Shown here: positions 9,517-21,527 of the stretch, in pieces
Layout: each line of letters starts with the position of its first letter
Numbering within the stretch: position 1 is the stretch's first letter
NCBI GenBank assembly: GCA_964291265.2
Contig: OZ219747.1
Location: 768,001 to 832,000, forward strand
Direction: 5' to 3'
Length of the DNA stretch: 64,000 nucleotides
Source of the DNA: Alphaproteobacteria bacterium
Lineage (GTDB): Bacteria > Pseudomonadota > Alphaproteobacteria > SP197
Program-made: the position numbers and the translations under genes
Notes under the pieces: generated by a model
What the model saw: the letters and a program-made list of their open reading frames with translations, nothing else
Told to the model about the DNA's origin: nothing
Databases searched by the model: none

Positions 9517-10590
9517 TCACACGCCGCGTCCCAGCTTGCGCAGGGCAAGACCCGCGGCCAGGTAGACAATGACGTAGACGATGACCCTGTAGACGGCGGC
9601 CGAGCCTGGCGGGATGCAGATGAAGCTGAAACCCGTCACACCGCGCCGGCCGATCTCGTGGGCAATGCGAATGACCTCGTAGTCGGTCATGGCGATGGGT
9701 TCCACCAGTTCGCCGAGGATGTCCCCGGGCGCCGGGCCGGCGCCACCCATGACGTCCATGTCGAAATGGGCATAGACGCCCCGGGTGCCGTCCCAGGCGC
9801 GGCCGAGGTCGCGGACGCATCCCTCGATCCCGAGGCTCGTGCGCAGTTCCCACGACGAGATGAAGCGGGCGCCGTCATCGAGATAGCGGCGAACGACCTT
9901 GCTTGTCTCCAGCATCCCGCGCTCGCCGATCTCGACAAGATTGCGGGGATGCATGTTGTCGAGAAACTCGTACATCTTGTGCTTCCACGACGCAGCGCCT
10001 GCAATCCGCGGATCACCGGTCAGATAATCGACCGGCTGGGCATCCCAGTGCGTATCGAGACTGACACAACCCACCGCACCTTGTGTATGCTCGGCGCAGG
10101 CCTTGGCGATGGCAAAGCTGCCGCAGGGGCTGTTCTGCCCGATCACCACCGGAACCGCCCCGGCTCGCAAGGCGTCCCGGCACTTCGCCTCCACGACCTC
10201 CTGGGCGGCGAGGATGCGCTCCGGCGTCTGGTTCTCCATGACGTCTGGGGGAATGTCCGCATCACCGTAGTCGACCATGGTGATGTGATCGAAGAGTTCC
10301 AGGTCGAAATCCTGGACATAGCCACCCGGGTAGCGGGCGGACTGCTGCCGGACCCGCTTGGGCGCCTCGATCCATTCCTCCATGGCGACACCGGCATACT
10401 TGCCATCCTCGGCAGCGACATAGGGCGCACCGATGATGACCACATCGGCACCCTTGAGATCGTCCGGCGTCCTCGCGACGGGACGCGACATGAACGAGGG
10501 TGTCTCCGGTGCAACAAGCGGGAACTCTCGCCTGCCGGCGAAACTTGTCGCCATGAAGGTCTCCCAGTCCGGATAGTCAGTGTTGCTCAT
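9517..10590 (-). CDS. Arginase/agmatinase (ureohydrolase) family protein
   Basis: ADVVIIGAPY, DYGDADI, SLDTHWD, EIGERG, HFDMDV. Confidence 0.85.
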   Translation of the reverse strand: MSNTDYPDWETFMATSFAGRREFPLVAPETPSFMSRPVARTPDDLKGADVVIIGAPYVAAEDGKYAGVAMEEWIEAPKRVRQQSARYPGGYVQDFDLELFDHITMVDYGDADIPPDVMENQTPERILAAQEVVEAKCRDALRAGAVPVVIGQNSPCGSFAIAKACAEHTQGAVGCVSLDTHWDAQPVDYLTGDPRIAGAASWKHKMYEFLDNMHPRNLVEIGERGMLETSKVVRRYLDDGARFISSWELRTSLGIEGCVRDLGRAWDGTRGVYAHFDMDVMGGAGPAPGDILGELVEPIAMTDYEVIRIAHEIGRRGVTGFSFICIPPGSAAVYRVIVYVIVYLAAGLALRKLGRGV

Positions 10591-10732
10591 CGAGTGTCAT
10601 CCCCGTTGCACCGTCCGCCGCCAGCGTCGTGGTCCGCACAGACAAATGCAAGATGGCAGACACGAAATACCGGGCTTGTCCTGTTGACGCACTTCATGGC
10701 ATGTCCCTGGCGAGATAGGGGCTCTGGAAACG

Positions 10733-11923
10733 ATGCCGGGTGCATTGCACGGGGTGCGCATCATTGATCTGACCGGCATGGTGTCGGGACCTTCCGCCAC
10801 CATGCTGCTCGCCGATCAGGGCGCCGATGTCGTCAAGGTCGAGAACCCCGCTCGCGGTGGAGATACCACGCGCGGCGTGTCGGTCAATGAACACGGACTC
10901 GCATCGTCCTACCTCAACAACAACCGCAACAAGCGATCCATCGCCATCGATCTCAAGCACTCCCGCGGCATCGAGGTGCTGATGCGCCTTGTCGCGGGCA
11001 GCGATGTCCTGGTCCAGAACTTCCGGCCCGGCGTTGCCGAACGCATCGGGATCGGCGATGACGACGTGAGGAAACACGCTCCGACCATCATTCACGTGTC
11101 GATTTCGGGATTCGGCCCGACCGGTCCCTATGCGGCAAAGCCGGTCTATGACCCCCTCGTGCAGGCCCTTTCCGGACTGACAACCGTGCAGGCGGGATCG
11201 GACGAGGCGCGGCCGCGCCTCGTGAGAACCATCATCCCTGACAAGCTCACCGGCATCGTCGCCGCCCAGGCGATCACGGCGGCACTCTTCAACCGGGAGA
11301 GAACCGGAGAGGGCCAGGCGATCCACGTCTCCATGCTCGATTCGGTCATCGCCTTCCTGTGGGGATCGGACATGGAATCCCAGACCATGGTCGATCACGG
11401 GATCCGCCAGCAACATGCCCAGAGCTTCATCGATCTCATCTACGAGACGCGCGACGGCTACATTTCGGTGGCCGTCCAGCAGGACAAGGAATGGGAAGCT
11501 CTCACGCGCGCCCTGAAGAAGCCCGAGTGGCTCAGCGACGAGCGCTTTCGCACTCCGGCCGGTCGCCAGCGTCACATCGACGCAAGGCTTGCGCTGACCC
11601 AGGAGGTCCTGCGAACGGCCACCAGCGCCGAATGGCTGGAACGGCTCGAGGCCGAGGACGTCCCCTGCGCCCCCGTGCTCAACCGCAACGACATGATCCG
11701 TCACCCGCAGGTCTCCGCCAACGGTATCGTCACCGAACATGATCATCCTCTCGTCGGCAGGATACGCCAAGCGCGTCCTGCCGCGCGGTTCTCGAAGACC
11801 GATTTCGAGTTGCGCGAATCCGGTGCACAGCTCGGCGAGAACACGGACGAGATCCTGAAGGAGGCCGGCTACGACTCCGGCACCATCGCCACACTGCGCC
11901 GCAGCGGGATTTTCGAGACCTGA
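10733..11923 (+). CDS. CaiB/BaiF family III CoA-transferase
   Basis: GVRIIDL, LADQGADVVKVE, NRNKRSI, NFRPGV, ISGFG, YDPLVQA. Confidence 0.92.
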   Translation: MPGALHGVRIIDLTGMVSGPSATMLLADQGADVVKVENPARGGDTTRGVSVNEHGLASSYLNNNRNKRSIAIDLKHSRGIEVLMRLVAGSDVLVQNFRPGVAERIGIGDDDVRKHAPTIIHVSISGFGPTGPYAAKPVYDPLVQALSGLTTVQAGSDEARPRLVRTIIPDKLTGIVAAQAITAALFNRERTGEGQAIHVSMLDSVIAFLWGSDMESQTMVDHGIRQQHAQSFIDLIYETRDGYISVAVQQDKEWEALTRALKKPEWLSDERFRTPAGRQRHIDARLALTQEVLRTATSAEWLERLEAEDVPCAPVLNRNDMIRHPQVSANGIVTEHDHPLVGRIRQARPAARFSKTDFELRESGAQLGENTDEILKEAGYDSGTIATLRRSGIFET

Positions 11924-11926
11924 TCG

Positions 11927-12631
11927 ATGATCGAATTCTACTATTGGCCGACGCCCAACGGCTGGAAGGTCGCCATCCTTCTCGAGGAACTCGGCGTGGA
12001 CTACACGCTGATCCCTGTTGATATTTCAAGGGGCGAACAGTTCGCCCCCGACTTCCTCGAGACGAGCCCGAACAACCGCATTCCCGCCATCGTCGACCAC
12101 GATCATCCAGGAGGGCCGCTCCCTGTCTTTGAATCGGGCGCCATCATGCTCCATCTCGCCCGCAGGCACAGGCGCTTTGTGCCCAGCGACCCTGTCGGCC
12201 AGAAGGAGACTCTTGAGTGGCTGTTCTGGCAGGTTGGCAACCAGGGACCAATGGCAGGTCAGCTTTCGCACTTCGTCAACTACGCGCCTGATGATCAGCC
12301 CTATGCCCGCGAACGCTACGCGCGGGAGTACGACCGATGCCTGGGCGTTCTGGAACGCCGTCTTGCCGGGCGCACTTGGCTGGTCGGGGACTCCTATTCC
12401 ATCGCCGACATGATCTGCTGGCCATGGGTTCTGATTGCAAGACCGCTCACGGCAAGCCTTGACGAGGTCCCGAACGTTCGGGAATGGCGCCAGCGGATCA
12501 AGGAACGCCCGGCGGTGCAGCGGGCGGTCGATCTCGGCAAGGAGTTCCGGCGTTCCGTCGCCCCGTCGAAGGAGGAGCACGACATTCTCTTCAACCAGAC
12601 CGCCGCCACGGCCGATCACTGGCGGGCGTGA
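11927..12631 (+). CDS. Glutathione S-transferase (YfcG/YghU-like)
   Basis: [28 protein letters not shown]. Confidence 0.92.
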   Translation: MIEFYYWPTPNGWKVAILLEELGVDYTLIPVDISRGEQFAPDFLETSPNNRIPAIVDHDHPGGPLPVFESGAIMLHLARRHRRFVPSDPVGQKETLEWLFWQVGNQGPMAGQLSHFVNYAPDDQPYARERYAREYDRCLGVLERRLAGRTWLVGDSYSIADMICWPWVLIARPLTASLDEVPNVREWRQRIKERPAVQRAVDLGKEFRRSVAPSKEEHDILFNQTAATADHWRA

Positions 12632-14182
12632 TCAGTGGCGGAAGTGGCGGACGCCCGTCATCACCATGGCCATGTCGTGTGCATCAGCAGCGGCAATCAC
12701 CTCCTCGTCCCGCACGCTGCCGCCCGGCTGAATGACGGCAGTCGCCCCGCCTTCGGCGGCTTCGAGCAGGCCGTCGGCAAAGGGAAAGAAGGCATCCGAA
12801 GCGACCACCGATCCGGAGATCGAAAGGCCGGCGCGGCCGGCCTTCTGTCGGGCGATCATGGCGCTGTCGACACGACTCATCTGTCCCGCTCCGATTCCGA
12901 GGGTCTGTCCGTTCCGGGCATAGACGATGGCATTGGAACGCACGTGCTTGACGACACGAAAGGCAAACAGCATGTCGTCGAGTTCACCGGGGTCCGGCTG
13001 ACGCCTCGTCACGACCCTCATGTCGCCGGCTGTCAGGCAGCGCCGATCGGGGATCTGTGCCAGAAACCCCGATCCTGCAGACCGGATCATCAGGGATCCC
13101 TCTCCTGATCGCGGATCACTGGCAAGAAGCAGTCTCGGGCTCCTTCTCTTCTCCAGGACGTCACGCGCCGCACGGCTGGCGCCGGGAGCAATGACCACTT
13201 CCGTGAAGATCCCGGTGATGGCCTCCGCCGTCTCGCGGTCAAGGGACCGGTTGGTCGCAACCACGCCGCCGAATGCGCTCAACCGATCACAGGCAAGCGT
13301 TCTCCGGTAGGCATCGACCAGAGAATCCCCGATCGCCACACCGCAGGGATTGGTGTGCTTGACGATCACGACGGCAGGTCTTTCACGGTCGAATTCCGCA
13401 ATGGCCTCGAGGGCGGCATCGGCGTCGTTGAGGTTGTTGTAGGACAGGTCCCTGGCGCCATCCTGACGCAGAGGCGTCACCCCCGGATCACTGCTCCCGA
13501 CATGGTAGAAAGCGGCGGATTGATGAGGGTTTTCTCCGTAGCGCAAGCGGCGCTCGAGCCTGCCCGAGACGGTGAGCCGGCGGGGAAAGGTCTCCTTCGT
13601 CTCTCCCAGGAACCGAGTCGCCACGGCCGCATCGTAGGCAGCCGTCATCTGGTAGGCGATGCCGGCCATCCGCAGGCGAAAGGCGTCGGAGGTCGTACCT
13701 TCGCGTTGTTCCATCTCGCCAACCAGGACGGGGTAGTCTTCGGGATCGGTCACCACGGTGACGAAGGCATGGTTCTTGGCAGCCGCCCGGACAAGCGCCA
13801 CTCCGCCGATGTCGATGGCCTCGATCGTCCCCGTCCAGTCGGCGCCCCTTGCGACCACATCCTCGAAGGCATAGAGATTGACCACCACGAGATCGATGCT
13901 CCCGATGTCGTGTTCGGACATCTCCTGGACGTGATTCGCGGCGTCGCGGCATCCCAGGATTCCCCCGTGAATGGCCGGATGGAGTGTTTTCACGCGACCG
14001 TCCAGGATCTCGGGAAACCCTGTGACCTGGCTGACGGGGGTAACCGGCAGGCCCGCAGCGGCGAGGGCCGCGGAGGTGCCACCCGTTGATATCAGTTCAA
14101 CGCCTCGGGAATCGAGAAATCGGGCTAGATCAACGAGACCGGTCTTGTCCGTGACGGAGAGAAGCGCTCGCCTGATGATCAT
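12632..14182 (-). CDS. purH: Bifunctional AICAR transformylase / IMP cyclohydrolase
   Basis: [41 protein letters not shown] end. Confidence 0.97.
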   Translation of the reverse strand: MIIRRALLSVTDKTGLVDLARFLDSRGVELISTGGTSAALAAAGLPVTPVSQVTGFPEILDGRVKTLHPAIHGGILGCRDAANHVQEMSEHDIGSIDLVVVNLYAFEDVVARGADWTGTIEAIDIGGVALVRAAAKNHAFVTVVTDPEDYPVLVGEMEQREGTTSDAFRLRMAGIAYQMTAAYDAAVATRFLGETKETFPRRLTVSGRLERRLRYGENPHQSAAFYHVGSSDPGVTPLRQDGARDLSYNNLNDADAALEAIAEFDRERPAVVIVKHTNPCGVAIGDSLVDAYRRTLACDRLSAFGGVVATNRSLDRETAEAITGIFTEVVIAPGASRAARDVLEKRRSPRLLLASDPRSGEGSLMIRSAGSGFLAQIPDRRCLTAGDMRVVTRRQPDPGELDDMLFAFRVVKHVRSNAIVYARNGQTLGIGAGQMSRVDSAMIARQKAGRAGLSISGSVVASDAFFPFADGLLEAAEGGATAVIQPGGSVRDEEVIAAADAHDMAMVMTGVRHFRH

Positions 14183-14189
14183 CCCGGGA

Positions 14190-15461
<1,272 letters not shown>

Positions 15462-16009
15462 GGCTGCAAACCCGGTCTGCACATCTTCATTGCCCGTCAA
15501 GGTCATGATGAACCTGCTGAATAGCGATGGGAGAGAACGAAACGACGCTTTTTCTGTCACGTCTGGAAAGGTGTCAAACGGCGTCCCGCAAGAGCGGGTG
15601 ATTCGACAGGACCGGTGAATCACGAAGAACGAAGGCGACCCTAGTGCAGGTTGTCCGGGCATGTCAAACCCGTTTGGCCGATCGACTCATGCATTCCGAC
15701 CTCGACCCGATGTCAGGGGAGACGATTGCTGCGTGCTGCGCCGTCGATGTCGCAGACATGGTGGAGGCCTGTTCCCGGATGGACGGTCCCGCCGGTCCGG
15801 TTGAGTTCGTTGTCGATCGGCGCCAGCAGTGCTCTTGATCGTTGCGTTGCCGGCCGGACCGAGGATGCTGATCCTGATGATGTCGCTCCTGTGGTTCGGA
15901 TCGGTGCTGGCGTCGGCGGTCATCGGTGGCGGCGATGAGCCTGTCACCGGATCACGGAGCCATCATGCGGACGAGATCGACGAGGAGGCGCCTCAGCCCA
16001 TGGCAGGGT

Positions 16010-16325
16010 GTCGGGCTTGTCGCGGTCGGCAAGCTCGCCGACACGGACATGGCTGGCGTAGCGACGCTCCATACCTGGAACCAGAAGATGGAGTGGCATC
16101 CCCACCTCCACTGCCTCGTTCCCAACGGCGGCTTCGATATCAACTCCGGAGCGTGGAAGGCGGGGTCCTCCCACTTCTTCGCACCAGTCCGCGTCCTCGC
16201 ATGCTTCTTCCGCAACCGCTTCCTCGAAGAACTGGCCAAGGCCAAGCTCACCTTCCACGGCTCCATCGCCCACCTCGCCGACCGCAAGGCCTTCGAGAAG
16301 GTGCTGCAGGAAGCACGCACGATCG
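16010..16325 (+). pseudogene. IS91-family (Y2 rolling-circle) transposase fragment
   Basis: LHTWNQKMEWHPHLHCLVPNGG HUH motif; both ends missing. Confidence 0.75.
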
Positions 16326-16339
16326 CTGGCACACCGCAC

Positions 16340-16507
16340 CATGCTCCACGCAAGAGCATGGTGCTGGGGCTCAAACTACCTCACCACCATGGACGCACTC
16401 GGCTACAACCCTCTCGTCGCCATCCACATCGCCCTCGACGGAAAGGCCGTAGACATCCTCAACGAGCACTACGGACAACCAGACCCCAACAAGTGGTGAG
16501 TAGTTAC
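16340..16507 (+). mobile_element. IS66-family (ISBst12-like) transposase C-terminus and right end
   Basis: AWCWGSNYLTTMDALGYNPLVAIHIALDG...KW* followed by GTGAGTAGTTAC terminus. Confidence 0.65.
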
Positions 16508-16586
16508 ATCGTCTCACTGACGTTGGACGAGGTCAGGATGTCTGGAACTTGGCTCATCTGTTCACTATCGGCTTCATTCAAGGAAT

Positions 16587-17036
16587 CTAGAACGGCCTGA
16601 CGATAACCATGATGACGATGATGATCAGCAGAACTGTCGGCGCCTCGTTGATCAGCCGATAGAAGCGGCTGGAATGGCGGTTGCGATCCTCGCCAAAGGC
16701 CCGCCACAACGCCACGAACCACCCGTGTACGGCAGACATGGCGATGAAGGCAGCAGCCTTCACGAGCCACCAGCCCTCGCTCCACAGCGCCCAGCCTGCA
16801 TCGAGCATCAGCAGGATGCCGAAGGCGAAGGCGGCCAACATCGCCGGATTGATGATTCCCTTGAGCAGGCGGCGTTCCATGACCTTGAAGGTCTCGGACT
16901 GGCGTGAACCGGGCTCGCAGTCGACATGATAGACGAAGAGCCTGGGGAGATAGAGCATGCCGGCCATCCAGGCGATCACCGCAAGGAAGTGGAAGGCCTT
17001 GACGACGTCATGCCAGGCGCCGAGGAACCCGTCCAT
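16587..17036 (-). CDS. hemJ: Protoporphyrinogen IX oxidase HemJ
   Basis: WMAGMLYLPRLFVYH, FKVMERRL, INEAPT, IVRPF. Confidence 0.95.
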   Translation of the reverse strand: MDGFLGAWHDVVKAFHFLAVIAWMAGMLYLPRLFVYHVDCEPGSRQSETFKVMERRLLKGIINPAMLAAFAFGILLMLDAGWALWSEGWWLVKAAAFIAMSAVHGWFVALWRAFGEDRNRHSSRFYRLINEAPTVLLIIIVIMVIVRPF

Positions 17037-17037
17037 A

Positions 17038-18069
17038 TCACGCTGTCCTCAAGGGGCACCTGGTGAACGACGCCGGACAGATCCTGCCGCCATGTTCGGA
17101 CGCCGGTTCCGGCCTGTCATCCTCGAGAACGGACCTGACGAGCACCGCCAGACCGTCGATGAAGGCGTCGTCGCACGACACGGCCGGTACGCGCCTGTAG
17201 AACGGACATCCCGCCTCCCGAGCCCGTCGGCGATACTCGATGTCGAGCTCGACAAGGGTCTCGCTGTGCTCACTCACAAAGGCGACTGGCACGACAATGA
17301 CACCGGTTCCGGACCTGCCGGCCCGCTCGATTTCCTCCTCCGTCGACGGGCCGATCCACTCGAACGGTCCGACGCGCGACTGATAGCACACCGTCCAGTC
17401 GAGACCGCTGCGTGCGATGTCATCGACAATGGCCTCCGCCGTCTGCTCGACCTGCCACTGGTAGGGGTCGCCGCGTCGGATGATCTTCTTCGGCAGACCG
17501 TGAGCCGAAAACAGGACCCTTGACGACTGTCCCGCGGTATCGTCGAGGGCGCTCTTCACAGCCGCTGCATAACTGCCGACAAGGCCGGAAGAACGCGGCC
17601 AGCAACATACGGTCCTGGTTGTCACCTCACCGCCGTGACGCTTCCAGAACCGTGTCCACTCCTTCATCGACGATGCCGTCGTCGTCGTCGAGAACTGGGG
17701 ATAGAGCGGAAGCAGCACAATCCTCCGCGGCGCGAACTCGGCCACCTCGAGTGCCGCATCCTCGCTCATCGGATGCCAGTAGCGCATGGCAATGAAAACC
17801 CTGATCGCGTCATCGTCCAGGGTCGCCTCGAGCGCCCGAGCCTGCCGGCGCGTGTTCTCGAGGAGTGGTGAACAGCCGCCGATCTCTTCATAGATCCTCT
17901 TCGCTTCACGCTCGCGGCGGCGCGAAATCACCGACGCAAGAACGGGACGCAGCGGCCAGGGAATGGAGATGATGGCCGGATCATTGAAGAGGTTGTTGAG
18001 GAAGGGCTGCACGGCCGCCGGAGAATCGGGACCACCCAGGTTGAAGAGCACGACCGCCGTTCTGTCCAT
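17038..18069 (-). CDS. hemH: Ferrochelatase
   Basis: NLGGPDS, MRYWHP, PLYPQFS, FSAHGLP, YQSRVGP, EHSETLVELD. Confidence 0.96.
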   Translation of the reverse strand: MDRTAVVLFNLGGPDSPAAVQPFLNNLFNDPAIISIPWPLRPVLASVISRRREREAKRIYEEIGGCSPLLENTRRQARALEATLDDDAIRVFIAMRYWHPMSEDAALEVAEFAPRRIVLLPLYPQFSTTTTASSMKEWTRFWKRHGGEVTTRTVCCWPRSSGLVGSYAAAVKSALDDTAGQSSRVLFSAHGLPKKIIRRGDPYQWQVEQTAEAIVDDIARSGLDWTVCYQSRVGPFEWIGPSTEEEIERAGRSGTGVIVVPVAFVSEHSETLVELDIEYRRRAREAGCPFYRRVPAVSCDDAFIDGLAVLVRSVLEDDRPEPASEHGGRICPASFTRCPLRTA

Positions 18070-18073
18070 GGAC

Positions 18074-19117
18074 CTACGCTCCGCAGGCACGCACGGTATC
18101 CACCAGGTCCGCGACATGCGACGGTGGCGTTTCCTTGAGGATTCCGTGCCCGAGATTGAAGATGTGACTCTTGCCGGAAAGTCCCGTCACGATGGATCGT
18201 GCCCGGCGCTTCATCACGTGACCGCCGACGAGCAGAACTTCCGGATCGAGATTGCCCTGAACCGGACAGATCGATTGAAGGGCCTTCATGGCTCCAAGAG
18301 GCACGTCCTGATCAACCTGCAGGGCCTGGATACCTGTCTCGCGGGCAAACTCCTCGTAGCGTGCGCCCGCTCCGCGTGGAAAGCCGATCACGGGGATCCG
18401 GGGATGCGCCTCGCTCACACGGGCGACGATGCGTCGCGTCGGGCCGATGCACCACCGGTCAAAGCCTGCGCTGTCGTCAACGAGACCGGCCCAGCTGTCG
18501 AAGATCTGAACGGCATCGGCGCCAGCATCGATCTGGGTCAGCAACAGTTCGCTGACGGCATCGACGAGTCGCGCCACGAGACGGTCAACCAGGTTCGGAT
18601 CGTCCTTCATCAGCCGCTTCGTTGCGGGGAACTCTCCGCCTGATCCGTCGATCATGTAGGCAGCGATCGTGATCGCACCGCCGGCAAATCCTATGAGAGC
18701 GGTCCGCTCGTCGAGTTCCCGCCTCACCAGGCGCAGGGTATCCATGAGAGGACGGTTGTTTTCGACGGCGCCTTCCGGATCGAGGGCCTCGATATCGGCC
18801 TGGCATCGAAGAGGCTTGAGGCATGGACCTTCGCCCTCGAGGAAACGCACCGCACGACCCATGCCATGGGGAACGATGAGGATGTCGGAAAAGACAATGG
18901 CCGCATCGACGGCGAAACGGTCGACCGGCTGCAGCGTGATCCTCGCGGCAAGTTCCGGAGTGTTGCACAGGGAAAGGAAGTCGGCACTGTCCCGGCGCAG
19001 TTCCCTGTACTCCGGAAGATACCGTCCGGCCTGGCGCAGGAACCAGACGGGGGGCGGGCTGTGCGCGGATCCCTGGAGGACGGCAACCAGGGGTTTCTTG
19101 ACGGAGGGAAGGGACAT
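18074..19117 (-). CDS. hemE: Uroporphyrinogen decarboxylase
   Basis: PVWFLRQAGRYLPEY, FSDIL, QGNLDP, FNLGHG. Confidence 0.96.
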   Translation of the reverse strand: MSLPSVKKPLVAVLQGSAHSPPPVWFLRQAGRYLPEYRELRRDSADFLSLCNTPELAARITLQPVDRFAVDAAIVFSDILIVPHGMGRAVRFLEGEGPCLKPLRCQADIEALDPEGAVENNRPLMDTLRLVRRELDERTALIGFAGGAITIAAYMIDGSGGEFPATKRLMKDDPNLVDRLVARLVDAVSELLLTQIDAGADAVQIFDSWAGLVDDSAGFDRWCIGPTRRIVARVSEAHPRIPVIGFPRGAGARYEEFARETGIQALQVDQDVPLGAMKALQSICPVQGNLDPEVLLVGGHVMKRRARSIVTGLSGKSHIFNLGHGILKETPPSHVADLVDTVRACGA

Positions 19118-19144
19118 GACCGGCATGATCCGCCGAATGGGCAC

Positions 19145-19430
19145 CGCAATGCCACATCAAAAGATTCAATTAATGTTACATGTAGTAGTGATGAACCCTG
19201 TGCATCATGTGGACGCAAGACTGTCATGCTGTCTGTGAACAGCCCCTGCTGTCAGGGACGTTGCGATTCAGGCGCCTGTGCATGGTTGGACGGGAATCGC
19301 CGGAGTGCCGCCGGTGGGTCTGAAACGGACGATGTGGACTGGTTGGCGGATGAGTGTGGATTTCTGCCTTGCGTGCACGATATCCACGATGCACACGGTT
19401 GCGTTTGTCCCCGGGCAAGAATGGTCTGAC
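19145..19430. promoter_or_regulatory. Candidate chromosomal replication origin (oriC)
   Basis: hemE/DUF299 divergent intergenic position as in Caulobacter and rhizobia; AT-rich patch 19158-19195 with TAGTAG; degenerate DnaA-box-like 9-mers at 19199, 19208, 19234, 19333, 19355, 19380; three GANTC sites. Confidence 0.6.
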
Positions 19431-19516
19431 GCTTGTTGATCAGGAGTGTGATAGTCTGCGCCGGCCATTCCGGGAGCCGGTCGTACACAGGCGATCAGCC
19501 ATTCTTCCCCATATCC

Positions 19517-20335
19517 ATGACCAGGTTTCATGTGCATCTCATCTCCGACGCAACGGGCGAGACGGTCCTTGCGGTGGGTCGTGCCGCGATTGCCCAGTTC
19601 GAGAACGTCGATGTGATCGAGCATGTGTGGACGCTGGTCCGAACATCACGGCAGATCGACAGGATCCTGAAGACTCTCGAATCCAGTCCTGGAATCGTCA
19701 TCTTCACGCTGGTCAGTCCGGAACGCCGCGACCAGTTGATCAGGGGATGCCAGAGTCTCGGGATCGTCTCGGTGCCGCTTCTCGATCCGGTCCTTGCAGC
19801 GCTGTCGGGTGTTCTCGATCAGCCGGTCAAGGGGCAGCCCGGAGAGCAGCACGCACTCAATGCCGATTACTTCGACAGGGTCGAAGCCATACAGTTCGTT
19901 GTCCGCCATGACGATGGACAGTCACCACACGATCTCGACGATGCCGACGTCATCGTCGTCGGCGTGTCACGCACCTCCAAGACGCCGACCTGCTTCTACC
20001 TCGCCAACCGAGGCGTCAAGGCGGCCAACGTGCCCATCGTTCCGGGCGTGGCGCCGCCGGTGGAGCTTCTCGAGGCCACCAGACCGCTCATCGTGGCTCT
20101 CAGTCAGAACATGGAACGACTGGTCCAGGTCCGGCGCAACCGCATGAAGCTCCTTCACCAGGACGAGGACAGCGACTATGTCGAACCGGACGCCGTCAGG
20201 CGCGAGATGGCAGAGGCCCGCAGGCTCTACGACGAGAGGGGCTGGACCGTGATCGACGTGACACGACGTTCCATCGAGGAAACAGCCGCGACCATTCTGC
20301 AGTTCTACAGGGAGCGGTTCGGCTCGCTTCCCTGA
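19517..20335 (+). CDS. Pyruvate phosphate dikinase / PEP synthase regulatory protein (DUF299)
   Basis: HLISDATGET, HDDGQ, GVSRTSKTPT, DVTRRSIEETAA. Confidence 0.93.
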   Translation: MTRFHVHLISDATGETVLAVGRAAIAQFENVDVIEHVWTLVRTSRQIDRILKTLESSPGIVIFTLVSPERRDQLIRGCQSLGIVSVPLLDPVLAALSGVLDQPVKGQPGEQHALNADYFDRVEAIQFVVRHDDGQSPHDLDDADVIVVGVSRTSKTPTCFYLANRGVKAANVPIVPGVAPPVELLEATRPLIVALSQNMERLVQVRRNRMKLLHQDEDSDYVEPDAVRREMAEARRLYDERGWTVIDVTRRSIEETAATILQFYRERFGSLP

Positions 20336-21459
20336 TCGTCGAGGGCGTCGCGCACCATCTTGTGGAAGTGATGAACGACATGTTCGCCCACGCCGCTTTC
20401 CTCGCTGTCGACGATGAACCGGCCCTGATCGTAACCGCGCGAGAACAGTCCTCGTTGAACCGATTCACACAGCAGCATGTCTTCCGTACCGAGCACGTTC
20501 TCCAGGTAGTTGCGCCGGTCTTGTCTGTCAGGCGCGCCGTCGGGAGAGAACCGATAACTGATGAACCGCGTGGCGAGGTGGTTGATCGGCACCGCGGTGG
20601 TGATCAGGAGATCCCCGTCCCCGGGCATGACGTTGATGGTCGTTGTCGGCCAAACATACCAGAAGAGCGAATGAGGCATGGGGGCGTTTCTGGCGAGGTG
20701 ATAGGCGCTGTTGTCATGATGGACGTCCCAGCCCTTCTGACGCGCCGTGATGCCATCGATGGTGTTCTCGTAGGTGGGCATGGAGATGATGTCGCAGAAC
20801 TGCGGGTGCGCCACTTCGCAGTGATAGCATTCGACGTAGTTGTCGATGACCACCTTCCAGCCGGCTTCCATGGCTCGGCCACCAAAGTCATAGGTCTCCG
20901 CGAGGGTGAGATCGTTCCAGTAGGGAAGTTCCCGACGGATGTCGGCTTCGAGATTGGGCGCCTGTCTGGCAAGGGACATGGCCTCGTCATCGAGATTGAC
21001 GAAGACAAGGTTGCACATGACCTCGACACGGACGGGCTTGAGGGAAAACCGGGACTTGTCGAAGCCCTCCACGCCATCGCTGTTGCGGGCCGTGCGGAGC
21101 TGACCGTCGAGAGCATAGGCCCATGCGTGGTAGGGACAGGTGATGGCCGCCTTGATCGTGCCCGTGCCCTCCACGAGACGGTGCGCCCGATGCTGACAGA
21201 CATTGTAGTAGGCGCGCAACTGATCCGAGCGATCACGCACCACGAAGATGTCCTGATCGAGAATGCTGCCGGCGAGGTAGTCTCCAGGACGGGCCACTTC
21301 GCTGACATGGCAGAGATACATCCAGGAACGGAAGAAGATCCTTTCGCGTTCCAGTTCGAAAATCGCCGGATCCGTGTAGTAGCGCGACGGCAATGTGTAG
21401 GAACGGCGAGGATCAGGCCCGAGTGGACGGGCAAATTCGACCTGAAGAACCTCAGCCAT
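20305..21459 (-). CDS. Rieske oxygenase alpha subunit (carnitine/choline monooxygenase-like)
   Basis: CQHRAH...CPYHAW; WKVVIDNYVECYHCEVAH; EDMLLCESVQRGL. Confidence 0.92.
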   Translation of the reverse strand: MAEVLQVEFARPLGPDPRRSYTLPSRYYTDPAIFELERERIFFRSWMYLCHVSEVARPGDYLAGSILDQDIFVVRDRSDQLRAYYNVCQHRAHRLVEGTGTIKAAITCPYHAWAYALDGQLRTARNSDGVEGFDKSRFSLKPVRVEVMCNLVFVNLDDEAMSLARQAPNLEADIRRELPYWNDLTLAETYDFGGRAMEAGWKVVIDNYVECYHCEVAHPQFCDIISMPTYENTIDGITARQKGWDVHHDNSAYHLARNAPMPHSLFWYVWPTTTINVMPGDGDLLITTAVPINHLATRFISYRFSPDGAPDRQDRRNYLENVLGTEDMLLCESVQRGLFSRGYDQGRFIVDSEESGVGEHVVHHFHKMVRDALDDQGSEPNRSL

Positions 21460-21527
21460 GACGCTCGGCCTCCGTTTCGGCATCCCATGATCATAGCACG
21501 TGAGCCCATCGGGAACGATATCCGTCG

